Shown here: positions 17,710-27,080 of the stretch, piece by piece
Layout of the letters: every line of letters begins with the position of its first letter
Numbering within the stretch: the first letter of the stretch is position 1
Made by a program: the position numbers and the translations under genes
Assembly: GCA_015055515.1 (NCBI GenBank)
Contig: SVIC01000005.1
Location: 20,550 to 84,549, forward strand
Length of the DNA: 64,000 bases
Source: Clostridiales bacterium
GTDB taxonomy: Bacteria > Bacillota > Clostridia > Christensenellales > UBA1242
Direction of reading: 5' to 3'
The notes under the pieces: model-generated
Told to the model about the DNA's origin: nothing
Database searches by the model: none
What the model saw: the letters and a program-made list of their open reading frames with translations, nothing else

Positions 17710-17905
17710 TTAAATTTTGGTAAAAATTTCCAAATAAATGGAATAATATCCCAAATCTTACACATTCTAGACTTAAACAGGAGAGTTCTTTTGTAGCCTC
17801 GTATTTATCGCTATGAAGATAGATAAGCATTTACTTGTATTTTAAGCTTGGTTGACGCCTCATTTAGAAAAATTTACAAAATGGCTTCATATCGATGAAA
17901 TATAG

Positions 17906-17932
17906 TTGACATTTTTTCTATTAAAGTATAAA
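17906..17932 (+). promoter_or_regulatory. putative sigma-A-type promoter of the Ig-repeat surface protein gene
   Basis: TTGACA (17906-17911), then TATAAA (17927-17932). The spacer is only 15 nt, which is short. Confidence 0.4.
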
Positions 17933-17982
17933 CTCTACTTGTTACAAATTATAAACACAATTAAGGAGAAAAGATTACTATT

Positions 17983-20900
17983 ATGAAAGGCAACAATATT
18001 ATTAAGCAATTATCAAAAGTTTTAACATTAGTAGTTTTGGTTTTTGCATTCCTTTGCTCTCCTATCACAAAGTTGATTACTAAAGTTGGCAAAGTATTTG
18101 CTGACAATTCTAGCAGTCAATTGGACGACGTGGAAGGCGCAAATATCCAAGTAGAAGGATTTAACAATACAGGAGAGGTTGGCAAACCTGTGTATTTGCC
18201 AAGAGTTTTTGTGGCTGGTAGTGAATACGGTCCAAAGACAAATGCCGATGCTGGTGTAATATACGAGGTATGGGATTCGGCTAATAAGACAAAACTTACA
18301 GAAGAGATCGATGGTGACTCAACAAATGGTTACTATTTCACACCGGAGAAATCTGGAGTGTATACTCTTAAGATCTATTCTAATGTAGATGGCAAATTGA
18401 GTACAGTGGTAGAGGATTTGCAAATCAATGTATCTAAGTCCGATGTAACAATGACTGTAGCTAGTTCTGCAGTAGTAAAATATGGCGATGATGCATATGC
18501 GTTACCATCTAGATTGGCTTTGTCTAGTATTACAGACCCAGCAGAAGGTGAGATTTTTGCTGTTCCTGGTCCAACAGTGGAAGGTGAAGCAGAAGGAAAC
18601 GTTATTGTTACTTGTATTCCTGCGGGATCTACTGGTGATGGATCAACTGGCAATCCAGCATATACTATGAAGAGAAATGAGATAAAGAATGCTGCTAACG
18701 AGGTAGTAGGCTCTTTCTATACATTTAATGAAGCAGATATAATTGCTATTAGAGGTGCTGCAAAATACGGTACTTATACATTCAAGTACACTTATGTATC
18801 TAATGGCATAAAGCTAGGCGATTCTGTAATCAAGACTTGTGAAGTTACTAGCGACGCAAGCTTTGCAGATGATATTAAGTTAGAGATTTCTTCATTAGTT
18901 TCATCTACTGAGCTTACTTATGGCGAGATTGGCACATGGTATACTTTGCCTACAGCAACTGTTGTAGATGCTAATTCTGGTTCTAGCGATGCAGTTCCAT
19001 CTATACTTGAAATCAAGGTTACACCTAGCACATCTATAACTGGTGCTACTATAGAGCAAGATGGATATAAGTTCAAGGCAGACAAACTAGGCACATATAT
19101 GATTACTTATGTGGCTACTATTCCATATACAGATAAGACTGTAGAGAAGAACTTCCTAGTAGAATTAAAAGATGAGACAGCTCCTACAATTATGTTTGTA
19201 GATAGTTATGTTAAGGCAGATATTATGACAAATGAGAGCCTTGATTCAGAGGATGAATTTGTTGAGTATTTGAAGGAAAATAAAGATGCGACTGACACAA
19301 TTAAGTCAGTATATGTATTAGGTGCAGATGGTGTAAATATTGATATTCCAGCAATATATGCTAGCGACAATTCTGCAACTGGCGAGTATACACTTACTAG
19401 AAAGATTACTTATGCTTCTAATAGCCAAAGTACTACATTTAACGAAGAATTGAATAAAGTAAAACAACATAAGGTTACTGAACCTGGTGTGTATACTATT
19501 ACATTCGAGGCTACAGATGGTAATGAGCGTAAAGCAGTAGCAAGTAAGACAATTGCTGTTGTTAGTGAAGACATTCTTAAGAACTGTGCTAGTACTTTAC
19601 AAGGTACAACTGTTGCAGATCTAGAAGATGTTGATAAGCCAAGCATTGTTATTGGCTCTGTTCCTAGAAGTATTGCATCAAATGAGACTCTTACTTTTGC
19701 TATGCCTACTACAGCAGACTCTATTGCTAAGGCATTAAGTGATGTGACAGGATTCGGTAGATTGAAGACATCTACTACTTGGTCAAGCAATGTTGATCTT
19801 ACTGCTAAGTTGGTAGCTTACAATGCTAGTACAAATGCTTTTGTTGCTGAACATCCATTAAAAGATGAGGATATTACATCTGATAATAAGTATTCTATAG
19901 ATATGTCAGATGCTAAGTTGGATGCATTCAAGACAGCAATTGGTAACACAGCGGTATATTTCAGAGTAGAATATTCTGCTATGACAGATTGGATGACAGC
20001 GTTATCACTTGCTCCTGCTACTGATAGATCTACTAAGATTGAATATGTAGACGTAGAGGATACTACTGCTGCAACAATTGCAATAGCTGAGGCTAACGGA
20101 TTATTTGTTGCATTAGAGAATGATAACTTTGCAGCAATTAAGGCTACATTGGCTAAATATGGTATTACAGCAGATGATGTGGATGATTTTGTACTAGAAG
20201 ACAATGGTATGATCAAGATTACTACTGCAGGTGGCGACAAGTATATCGCTCCATTCAACCAATATTCATCTGATAATAAGATGATGGTGAAGTTGCCACA
20301 ATTGTTAATTCAAGATGCTGAAGATATGACATCATTATCTATTACAGCTTCTATTGCAGATGAATTGGGTAATAGTAAAACATTGGTTGCTAGTTATGAT
20401 AGCGTATTGAATGGTGTATACAAGGTGTCACTAGGTGAGGTAGAACTTGCTAATGCTGGTCAATATACAGTTACAGTAAAAGCAGTGGATAAGGGCGGTA
20501 ATATATCTGTATATTCTTATGCAATTATGGTAAATGACACTACTGCTCCATCAGACGTAGTGTTGGATGCAGAGATTGCTGGCGAGAGTACTATTACTAC
20601 AACTTACTACACTGGTCCATTTATTGAATTCCCTAGTGCTAAGGTTATAGACAATACTAATCCAGATAGCAAATATACAGTAGAATTAGTATCTTATCCA
20701 AAGAATGCTAGAATTACTCAAAATATCTATAACAAGGGTTTTGCTACACTTACAGCAGGTACTTATGAGATTAAGTATACATGTGATGATGGCAATGGCA
20801 ATGATCCTCTTGTAAAGACTTATACTCTAGAAGTAAAAGAAAAAGATTATACTAAGATCGAAGTGAACGAAGATTTATTTAATGCAAACTTCAGCTATGA

Positions 20901-21576
20901 TTTCGTTGCTGATACTGGTAGCACAACAATGAAGGTTGTTATACCATTTGGTCTTGCTATGAATGAATATGATTCTGAGATCAATAATACAGAGATCACT
21001 CCAGTAGTTAAGAATAAGAACAATGTTACTCAGACTGTTACTGCAGAGAATGGTAACTTTATATTCAAGGCAACTCAAGGTAAATATACTGTAGAGTACA
21101 AGCAAGGTACAGTAACTAAGTCTTATACTCTATATATTGGTGATACTGATGCTCCTACACTTACTTGGACAACTACTCCTCCTACAACATTAAAGGTTGG
21201 TGATACTTGGGGTAAAGGTATCAAGGATACTTTCGAGATTTATGATATCAATAAGGGCGCAAGAACAGAGATTACTGATTGTACTATAACTATTGTAAAT
21301 CCTAGCGATGAGAGCACAGTTTATGACGGAATTTCTGATTATAAGTTCGACAAAGAAGGAACTTATAAGGTTAAGATTACGTTCGAGGATGAGGCTGGTA
21401 ACAAGGTTACAGAGACAAAGTCTATCGAAGTAAAATCTAATGATGTTGATAAGACAAATAATCCTACAAATGTTGTTGGAACAATTCTATTAATTGCATC
21501 TATACTGGTTGTAGGTGGTGTTGTGGCATACTTAATTCTATCTTCTAAGAAGAAGGGGAAGAAGTCTGATAAATAA
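17983..21576 (+). CDS. large surface protein with tandem Ig-like (HYR/DUF5011-like) domains and a C-terminal transmembrane anchor
   Basis: N-terminal signal/TM segment (VLTLVVLVFAFLCSP). Recurrent domain-boundary motifs ETAPTIMFVD, DTTAPSDVVLD, DTDAPTLTWT and DVDKPSIVIG. C-terminal TM plus basic tail (ILLIASILVVGGVVAYLILSSKKKGKKSDK). No LPXTG. Confidence 0.75.
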   Translation: MKGNNIIKQLSKVLTLVVLVFAFLCSPITKLITKVGKVFADNSSSQLDDVEGANIQVEGFNNTGEVGKPVYLPRVFVAGSEYGPKTNADAGVIYEVWDSANKTKLTEEIDGDSTNGYYFTPEKSGVYTLKIYSNVDGKLSTVVEDLQINVSKSDVTMTVASSAVVKYGDDAYALPSRLALSSITDPAEGEIFAVPGPTVEGEAEGNVIVTCIPAGSTGDGSTGNPAYTMKRNEIKNAANEVVGSFYTFNEADIIAIRGAAKYGTYTFKYTYVSNGIKLGDSVIKTCEVTSDASFADDIKLEISSLVSSTELTYGEIGTWYTLPTATVVDANSGSSDAVPSILEIKVTPSTSITGATIEQDGYKFKADKLGTYMITYVATIPYTDKTVEKNFLVELKDETAPTIMFVDSYVKADIMTNESLDSEDEFVEYLKENKDATDTIKSVYVLGADGVNIDIPAIYASDNSATGEYTLTRKITYASNSQSTTFNEELNKVKQHKVTEPGVYTITFEATDGNERKAVASKTIAVVSEDILKNCASTLQGTTVADLEDVDKPSIVIGSVPRSIASNETLTFAMPTTADSIAKALSDVTGFGRLKTSTTWSSNVDLTAKLVAYNASTNAFVAEHPLKDEDITSDNKYSIDMSDAKLDAFKTAIGNTAVYFRVEYSAMTDWMTALSLAPATDRSTKIEYVDVEDTTAATIAIAEANGLFVALENDNFAAIKATLAKYGITADDVDDFVLEDNGMIKITTAGGDKYIAPFNQYSSDNKMMVKLPQLLIQDAEDMTSLSITASIADELGNSKTLVASYDSVLNGVYKVSLGEVELANAGQYTVTVKAVDKGGNISVYSYAIMVNDTTAPSDVVLDAEIAGESTITTTYYTGPFIEFPSAKVIDNTNPDSKYTVELVSYPKNARITQNIYNKGFATLTAGTYEIKYTCDDGNGNDPLVKTYTLEVKEKDYTKIEVNEDLFNANFSYDFVADTGSTTMKVVIPFGLAMNEYDSEINNTEITPVVKNKNNVTQTVTAENGNFIFKATQGKYTVEYKQGTVTKSYTLYIGDTDAPTLTWTTTPPTTLKVGDTWGKGIKDTFEIYDINKGARTEITDCTITIVNPSDESTVYDGISDYKFDKEGTYKVKITFEDEAGNKVTETKSIEVKSNDVDKTNNPTNVVGTILLIASILVVGGVVAYLILSSKKKGKKSDK

Positions 21577-21582
21577 TGATAA

Positions 21583-21616
21583 ATAAGTACTGAAATATTT
21601 CAGTACTTATTTTTTT
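21583..21616 (+). terminator. intrinsic terminator after the surface protein gene
   Basis: Perfect 28-nt palindrome ATAAGTACTGAAAT/ATTTCAGTACTTAT followed by T6. Confidence 0.8.
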
Positions 21617-21773
21617 GCATAATATGCTTATTTTTTAGCATGTTTGTAATAAATATGTTCTAGTTTGTTATATTTTTGATTTATTTTATATTTGTAATAC
21701 TTGTGTTTTATAGTCTAGCAAAAAGTGTTATTTGTCAAATGCGGTCAAATAGTTTGCTATCATATATATTTTA

Positions 21774-21802
21774 TTGTAAAATACATAATATAAATGTATA
21801 AT
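21774..21802 (+). promoter_or_regulatory. putative sigma-A-type promoter of the three-gene orphan operon
   Basis: TTGTAA, 17-nt spacer, TATAAT. Confidence 0.5.
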
Positions 21803-21864
21803 TGTGTCTATTTGTAGACAGTTGGCAGATGTTTATAGCCATATACACTTGGAGGATGGAGAAT

Positions 21865-24483
21865 ATGGTAGCATTTCTTATAGGTGCTCTTGCGGTAATA
21901 GTAACTGGTGTGTGTGTAATAGGTATTAACAACCTAGTTGTACTATTTTATAGATTTTTATATTTTATTGGATCATGGTTGTTAAGATTAATAGAATATG
22001 TTCAAAGATTATTTAGAAAATTGTGTGGTCTTGACTCTGCAGGGATAGATGGAAATTTGGAGTCAGATCCGTTGTGGGCATTAGTAAATAATAGTGCGGT
22101 ACAAACTGCATTTTTGTCTATCCTGTTTTTATCAATTGTATTAGTATTTATCTTTGCAATGATTCAGATTATTAGGCTAGAATATACTACCGAGGGATCT
22201 AAGAATGCAAAGGGCCCAATTATTAAGTCTGCTATAAAATCAGTATTTTTCTTTGCGTTTATACCAATTGTTAGTCTTATTGGTATAGGAGTTAGTAATG
22301 TATTAATAGGTCTGGTAGAGCAAGTTACCAATCAGGGTCAGGCAACATCTGTTGCAGGACTCGTCTTTACAGTGGCTGTTGAGAATAATGACTCCAACCC
22401 ATATAGGGCTTGTCAAAATAACAGAGGTAAAAAGTCTGTGGAATGGAGTTATAATGCTGAAAGCATTTGGGATGTAATAAGTGCTTCTATAAGTTCTGTT
22501 GGTCAGGTTTTTGGGGAATCTCTTGGTTATGACGATATATCAGGAATTAAAGGTGATGTAAATGCTGCTGATGGAGGGGATTCAACAGCAGGTAGAAAAA
22601 AAGTTTATTATTATGGTGATAAAATATACGGTGCACAATTTGTCGGTCATGATGACTGGGATGAACTATTTAATAATGACCCTGGTCAATTAGATGCATA
22701 TTTTTCTAGACTAAGTTTTACAAAGGATGAGGGGTTATCTGCATTTACCGTAGAATCAAAGTCTACAGATGGTAAAGCTGTAGAACTAGAAGTCGGAGAT
22801 ATATTAAATTATACAAACTCGGAAGCTGTATATTATTTCTATAATGTAAGTAAGATAGACTATATAATGTTGTTTTTAGGTGGATGGTTTGTTCTTAAGG
22901 CGCTTATTACCTCCGCTTTTGGTGTGGCCATGCGTGTATATAAGGTTGTTATATTATTTATAATATCTCCATATCCGGTCTCTTTGTCTGTTCTCGATGG
23001 GGGTAGTGCATTAAATAAATGGAAGAGTTCATTCTTAAAAGAATTGTTCTCTGCTTATGGTGTAGTTGTTGGCTTAAATTTATTTTTAATTTTGTTTGCG
23101 GAGATATCTGAGAATAAAATATTTGAATTCTTTACAGGTGAGCCGCTAGGTGGAATATTTAATAGTTTGACTAGACTTGTAATGCTATTGATAGGTTGCT
23201 TAATGATAGGAGATATTGTAGGTATTATTTCTGATTATATTGGCGGTGGCAATGTAATGAAGGAAGGACAAGGCATGCAGAAGCAGGTCACCGATATGGC
23301 AAAGAAGGCTGGCTCTGCTGCAATTGGTGGTCTTACCCTTGCCGCAGCCGGAGCTACAGCGATTGGTGGTGGCATTGGTGCTCTTAAGGGCATGCGTTCT
23401 CTAAATAAAATAGCAAAGGCAAATAAGAAAGATGAAGAAATTATAAATAGTGAGAATCCTGAAGTTACGGAGGAGGAGAAGAAAGAGGCACAAGAGAGAA
23501 TTAATGCCAGAAAAGAAAAGACTGAACGAGTAACACAGAAGTTAGCGCAAAATCAACGTCATTCATTAAGAGGGGCGATGATTTATAAGAATGCAATGAA
23601 GTCAACAAAGGCTTTTCAATATGTCAATAAAGGTGCTTTTGGATTATTAGAGAGTGAAAATGTAGCAAAAATAGATAAAGCAATAGCTGGCAAAGGAGAT
23701 GAATTCGAAAGCGTTATTAAGTCTGCTGGAGCAGCAGATAAGGCAAAAGCAGCAAGAAAAGAAAGTAGGCGTGATGATCTGCGTAAAGAAATTAAAGATA
23801 ATGGTGGTAGTGCTAGAGGCCTTAATCAGTTGCTTGTCAAAGCGCATGATAAGTACTCTATGTCAACGGAAAATGTTTCCCGTGTTAGAACTGAAAACGA
23901 AACTAGGATAAAGCAGGGCGATGAGGCAGCTGCATTTATGAAGAAAAACAAGGAAAAGTATAAAGAAGCTTCCCAAACATCACAAAATGCTACTATACAG
24001 ATTATGAATGCGAATTTAGACCTAAAAGAAACCAGGAATTTGTCCGATTTTAACAAAGATTTAATAGTAAAAGGTGCAGAAGACCAAGAAAAAGCAAAAC
24101 AATCACTTGATATACTTAAAAATGTTGATACAATGGCGGAAGGTAAAGAAAGAGATGAAGCTATTTTGAAAGCTGCTAGTTTAATGCGAGAAGCATATGG
24201 TCTTAATGATAAGGATTCTGATAGCGATGTGAAGACAAAAGTTGAAGGTAAGTTGAGTTTCGATGAAGGCACATACGATAAGATGACAAAAGCCGTTAAA
24301 GATGGCGTGTCTGCTGATAGTGTGGCAAAAATGGCAGGAGCAGACCAAAGAGAATACTTTGGAAAAATTTTAAATGATTCGTTTGCTCATGCTATAGAGA
24401 AATTGGAAAATATTAAAGCAGATGCTAAGACAGAAAATGGATTACAAGAATTGCTAAGGGCTATATTATCAAAGATGAAATAG
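21865..24483 (+). CDS. polytopic membrane protein (about 7 TM segments plus a Gly/Ala-rich segment) with a ~360-aa Lys/Glu-rich helical C-terminal tail; possibly VirB6/TrbL-like
   Basis: GGAGGA lies 8 nt before the ATG at 21865 (MVAFLIGALAV...); the track start at 21802 lacks an RBS. Hydrophobic segments are read by eye. The core VVILFIISPYPVSLSVLDGGSALNKWKSSF resembles the TrbL/VirB6 loop pattern. The tail runs from about 23390. Confidence 0.7.
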   Translation: MVAFLIGALAVIVTGVCVIGINNLVVLFYRFLYFIGSWLLRLIEYVQRLFRKLCGLDSAGIDGNLESDPLWALVNNSAVQTAFLSILFLSIVLVFIFAMIQIIRLEYTTEGSKNAKGPIIKSAIKSVFFFAFIPIVSLIGIGVSNVLIGLVEQVTNQGQATSVAGLVFTVAVENNDSNPYRACQNNRGKKSVEWSYNAESIWDVISASISSVGQVFGESLGYDDISGIKGDVNAADGGDSTAGRKKVYYYGDKIYGAQFVGHDDWDELFNNDPGQLDAYFSRLSFTKDEGLSAFTVESKSTDGKAVELEVGDILNYTNSEAVYYFYNVSKIDYIMLFLGGWFVLKALITSAFGVAMRVYKVVILFIISPYPVSLSVLDGGSALNKWKSSFLKELFSAYGVVVGLNLFLILFAEISENKIFEFFTGEPLGGIFNSLTRLVMLLIGCLMIGDIVGIISDYIGGGNVMKEGQGMQKQVTDMAKKAGSAAIGGLTLAAAGATAIGGGIGALKGMRSLNKIAKANKKDEEIINSENPEVTEEEKKEAQERINARKEKTERVTQKLAQNQRHSLRGAMIYKNAMKSTKAFQYVNKGAFGLLESENVAKIDKAIAGKGDEFESVIKSAGAADKAKAARKESRRDDLRKEIKDNGGSARGLNQLLVKAHDKYSMSTENVSRVRTENETRIKQGDEAAAFMKKNKEKYKEASQTSQNATIQIMNANLDLKETRNLSDFNKDLIVKGAEDQEKAKQSLDILKNVDTMAEGKERDEAILKAASLMREAYGLNDKDSDSDVKTKVEGKLSFDEGTYDKMTKAVKDGVSADSVAKMAGADQREYFGKILNDSFAHAIEKLENIKADAKTENGLQELLRAILSKMK

Positions 24484-24492
24484 GAGAAGATT

Positions 24493-25332
24493 ATGTTAAC
24501 AGATAGTATAAGAATGCGGAAAATTCGTTATGATGTATTAAGATATCTTGAAGAGTTTAAGTTAACTTCTCGAATAGAAAAATATCTGGAAATAGAAAAT
24601 AAAGAGTTGGAAATTGGCAAAGAATTAATTGCAGAAGCAAAATTAAACTATTGTGAAAATATAGCAGATGTTGAAGCATCTTTAAGAAAATATCTATCGA
24701 ATGTTTCTAATTATAATTCAGTAGAACACTCTATTTTGCTGGATTATATAATGCCGCTAGAATCTGCAACTGATAATTATCAAAGTTTGTATGATGAGTT
24801 GTATAATTTTATGTTTCAATTAGTGCAAATACAGAAGATTCAAGCTAAATTGTTAGAGACTTTTATGGATACCGTATACATAGGTGAAGATAACAATATT
24901 TATAGTGTTGTTGATAATAAAGTATTAATAAATAAAAGTGATATTATTGGTAAGGCAGATGTTGATGATGATTACGAATATCAAGTTATAGACTATGTTT
25001 CTGATAAAATATTAAGTACAAAAAATGAAATTATATTACAATTCGAATACAGTGATGACGGATATTACATATCTGGAAATGGTGTTGAATATTTCAATGA
25101 TAATGATAAAGAATCTATTATATCAGAAGTGGAGTCAAGGTTGTCAATATTGTTTAGTGATATTGATACTACATCTAATGAAGATAATATAGAAAATAAT
25201 GAACAAATAGATGATTTTATAGATGATGTAACAGCTGTAAAAAAGAAAACGATAACTAAAGAATCTGAAGAGAGAATTAATAATCTTAATAAGTCATTAA
25301 AAGAATCTGCAACAAAAATTAAAGGAAAATAA
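24493..25332 (+). CDS. hypothetical acidic soluble protein
   Basis: RBS GGAGAAG, 9 nt after the upstream stop. No TM segment and no motif I recognise. D/E/N-rich. Confidence 0.65.
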   Translation: MLTDSIRMRKIRYDVLRYLEEFKLTSRIEKYLEIENKELEIGKELIAEAKLNYCENIADVEASLRKYLSNVSNYNSVEHSILLDYIMPLESATDNYQSLYDELYNFMFQLVQIQKIQAKLLETFMDTVYIGEDNNIYSVVDNKVLINKSDIIGKADVDDDYEYQVIDYVSDKILSTKNEIILQFEYSDDGYYISGNGVEYFNDNDKESIISEVESRLSILFSDIDTTSNEDNIENNEQIDDFIDDVTAVKKKTITKESEERINNLNKSLKESATKIKGK

Positions 25333-25334
25333 AT

Positions 25335-26972
25335 ATGTCAGAAAGTATAAAAGATGTTGGGTTGTTGGCTACATCATGGAAGAAAAGGATTTCCGATCCG
25401 TTATTCCTAGATATGATGTTAGAAATAATGCTTAGTGAGCTGGATGCGCTTAAAAAATATCTTGCCTCTGTTGCTAGTCAGAAAAAACTAGAACAAGCAT
25501 CAAAGAAACAAATAAAAGATGAAAGTGTAATAAATTCTGAACAGAGTGTATTAAGAAGATTAAAAGAACATGGAATAGATCCAAACAATGCGACAGATGA
25601 GCAAAAAAAGTTTTATGCTAAATATATTAATCCAGAAGGACAATCAATATTTGATGAATTTACAAAAATAGCAGATTCTAAATATATTGGTAAAGGTATT
25701 AGTATGGAAGCTATGGCCTCTATAGATGTTCTAAAATCTGTTTTTGATAAGGCTCTAGAGGGCGAATCTGTATTGGCATTAGAGTTTGTGTCGCGTATGA
25801 TAGAATCTCCTACGCTCATGTATGATCTTGTGCCATCTTCACAATTACAATTATTATTGGATAGAGTGCCTAAAAAGAACGGAAAAAAAGGACATCTGGA
25901 ATCAAAGAAAGAGTTGGTGAAAGATGGAAGTGATGACTCTGTTAAGCTAATAGCTAAAGCTGACTTGTCGCTATTTGGTCTAGATGGTGAGGCTATTTTC
26001 GCTGCAAGATGCATGATTGAGAGCTTAGGTCTTGATTTGACTAAGCCTATACAAAAGGATAAACTAAAGTCTTTAGTGGAGACATTTAACAAATTTTATG
26101 ATATTTGCAAAGAGAGATCTCAAGTCTCTATTAATGAGGGAGAAAAAGATATTAAAGAGAAGTCTGCAGATGCAAAAAAAGTAAAAGAAAGTGGCAGAGT
26201 ATTTACTGAAGAAGGAAAAAATGTTATAAAAAGTGCAATTAATGCAAAAGATGATTACAATGTCGAAATGAAAAATGCAAAGACTATTGTTAAACAATTA
26301 GAAGAAAAAATACTTTCTGGAAAAAGTTTGACAGATGAGGAAAAAACTCAAAAGAGTAAACTAGACAAATTGATAGCTCAGGATAGTATTCCTAGATATA
26401 AGGGCAATTCAGATGTTCAACAATCTGTATTGAACGATGTGTATGCTAGATTAAATATAAATGCAGAGAATGTTAGTGCTACAGAAAAAGATATTATAGA
26501 AGACTGTGTAACAAAAACAGCTCAAGAGTTATCCGAATACTTAGTTTCTATAATCAAGAAATCAGATTCAAAGGTGGATAGTAAAGTATTTGACCAAATA
26601 GCTAATTATGTAAAATTATGCGGAGATAATATGTATTCACAAGTTGAAAATGCTGATCTGGCAGAAGCATTGAAAAATGGTTCGGTCTCCTCAAATATGT
26701 TAATAAATGAGCATGTTGATAATCTAAAGAATTTCTATAAGAGTGATGAAAATATACAAGCATTATTGCAAACTAATAATGTGCTTAATGAAGGAGAAAA
26801 AGGTTTTGTTGAGTTTGCGGTTTGGCAGATTGCTGAAAAGGTGTATTCTATAGACGAACGAGAAAATAATATAGGTATAGAGACTAAGACCTTTGCTCAA
26901 TATATGCAACCAGTCTTAGATGCTGCAAAAGAAAAGGGACTATATTCTACCGAAACAGAAAAAATAATGTAA
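25335..26972 (+). CDS. hypothetical Lys/Glu-rich, predominantly helical soluble protein
   Basis: Starts 2 nt after the upstream stop (coupled). No TM segment and no recognisable catalytic motif. Confidence 0.65.
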   Translation: MSESIKDVGLLATSWKKRISDPLFLDMMLEIMLSELDALKKYLASVASQKKLEQASKKQIKDESVINSEQSVLRRLKEHGIDPNNATDEQKKFYAKYINPEGQSIFDEFTKIADSKYIGKGISMEAMASIDVLKSVFDKALEGESVLALEFVSRMIESPTLMYDLVPSSQLQLLLDRVPKKNGKKGHLESKKELVKDGSDDSVKLIAKADLSLFGLDGEAIFAARCMIESLGLDLTKPIQKDKLKSLVETFNKFYDICKERSQVSINEGEKDIKEKSADAKKVKESGRVFTEEGKNVIKSAINAKDDYNVEMKNAKTIVKQLEEKILSGKSLTDEEKTQKSKLDKLIAQDSIPRYKGNSDVQQSVLNDVYARLNINAENVSATEKDIIEDCVTKTAQELSEYLVSIIKKSDSKVDSKVFDQIANYVKLCGDNMYSQVENADLAEALKNGSVSSNMLINEHVDNLKNFYKSDENIQALLQTNNVLNEGEKGFVEFAVWQIAEKVYSIDERENNIGIETKTFAQYMQPVLDAAKEKGLYSTETEKIM

Positions 26973-26996
26973 AAAGGCTGAGAAAGCCTTTTTTTG
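26973..26996 (+). terminator. intrinsic terminator ending the orphan operon
   Basis: AAAAAGGCT-gagaa-AGCCTTTTTT. Confidence 0.7.
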
Positions 26997-27080
26997 TTGT
27001 GTGTATAAAAATGTTTTGAAATATAGCCAATTTTTGTTATACTCTTATATTCAGAGAATTGTGTGCATTGGAGAAGATAT

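Noticed and set aside
17686-17760. c-di-GMP-I (GEMM-I) riboswitch upstream of the adhesin gene, suggested by CGCACGGCAAAAC resembling the ACGCACAGGGCAAACC core.
   Set aside because: The motif sits at the 3' end of the structure rather than the 5' end. It is not followed by the GNRA hairpin, the ACGCAAAGC segment or a tetraloop-receptor helix, and the downstream sequence is unstructured AT-rich DNA.
17568-17830. Two overlapping minus-strand ORFs (65 and 63 aa) across the GC-rich element.
   Set aside because: No RBS, mutually overlapping frames and odd Cys/Arg-rich translations. The GC-rich palindromic structure explains why the frames stay open. An RNA or DNA structural element is the better explanation.
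21802-21864. The longer N-terminus (MCLFVDSWQMFIAIYTWRMEN...) given by the ORF track for the 893-aa membrane protein.
   Set aside because: The TTG/GTG-type start at 21802 overlaps the predicted -10 box and has no RBS. GGAGGA sits at ideal distance from the ATG at 21865, where the first TM helix begins.
25613-26297. Minus-strand ORFs of 159 aa and 74 aa inside the 545-aa orphan gene. The same applies to 23826-24272 inside the 893-aa gene and 31742-32212 inside smc.
   Set aside because: They are antisense to long plus-strand ORFs that are translationally coupled to their neighbours. Their S/F/L-rich translations are typical of the reverse complement of K/E-rich coding sequence.
17983-26972. 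Prophage, ICE or conjugative island interpretation of the orphan cluster.
   Set aside because: No integrase, recombinase, relaxase, VirB4/VirD4 ATPase, capsid, portal or terminase, tRNA target or flanking direct repeats are visible. Composition looks similar to the neighbours. Only a stand-alone VirB6-like resemblance remains, and that is reported separately at low certainty.
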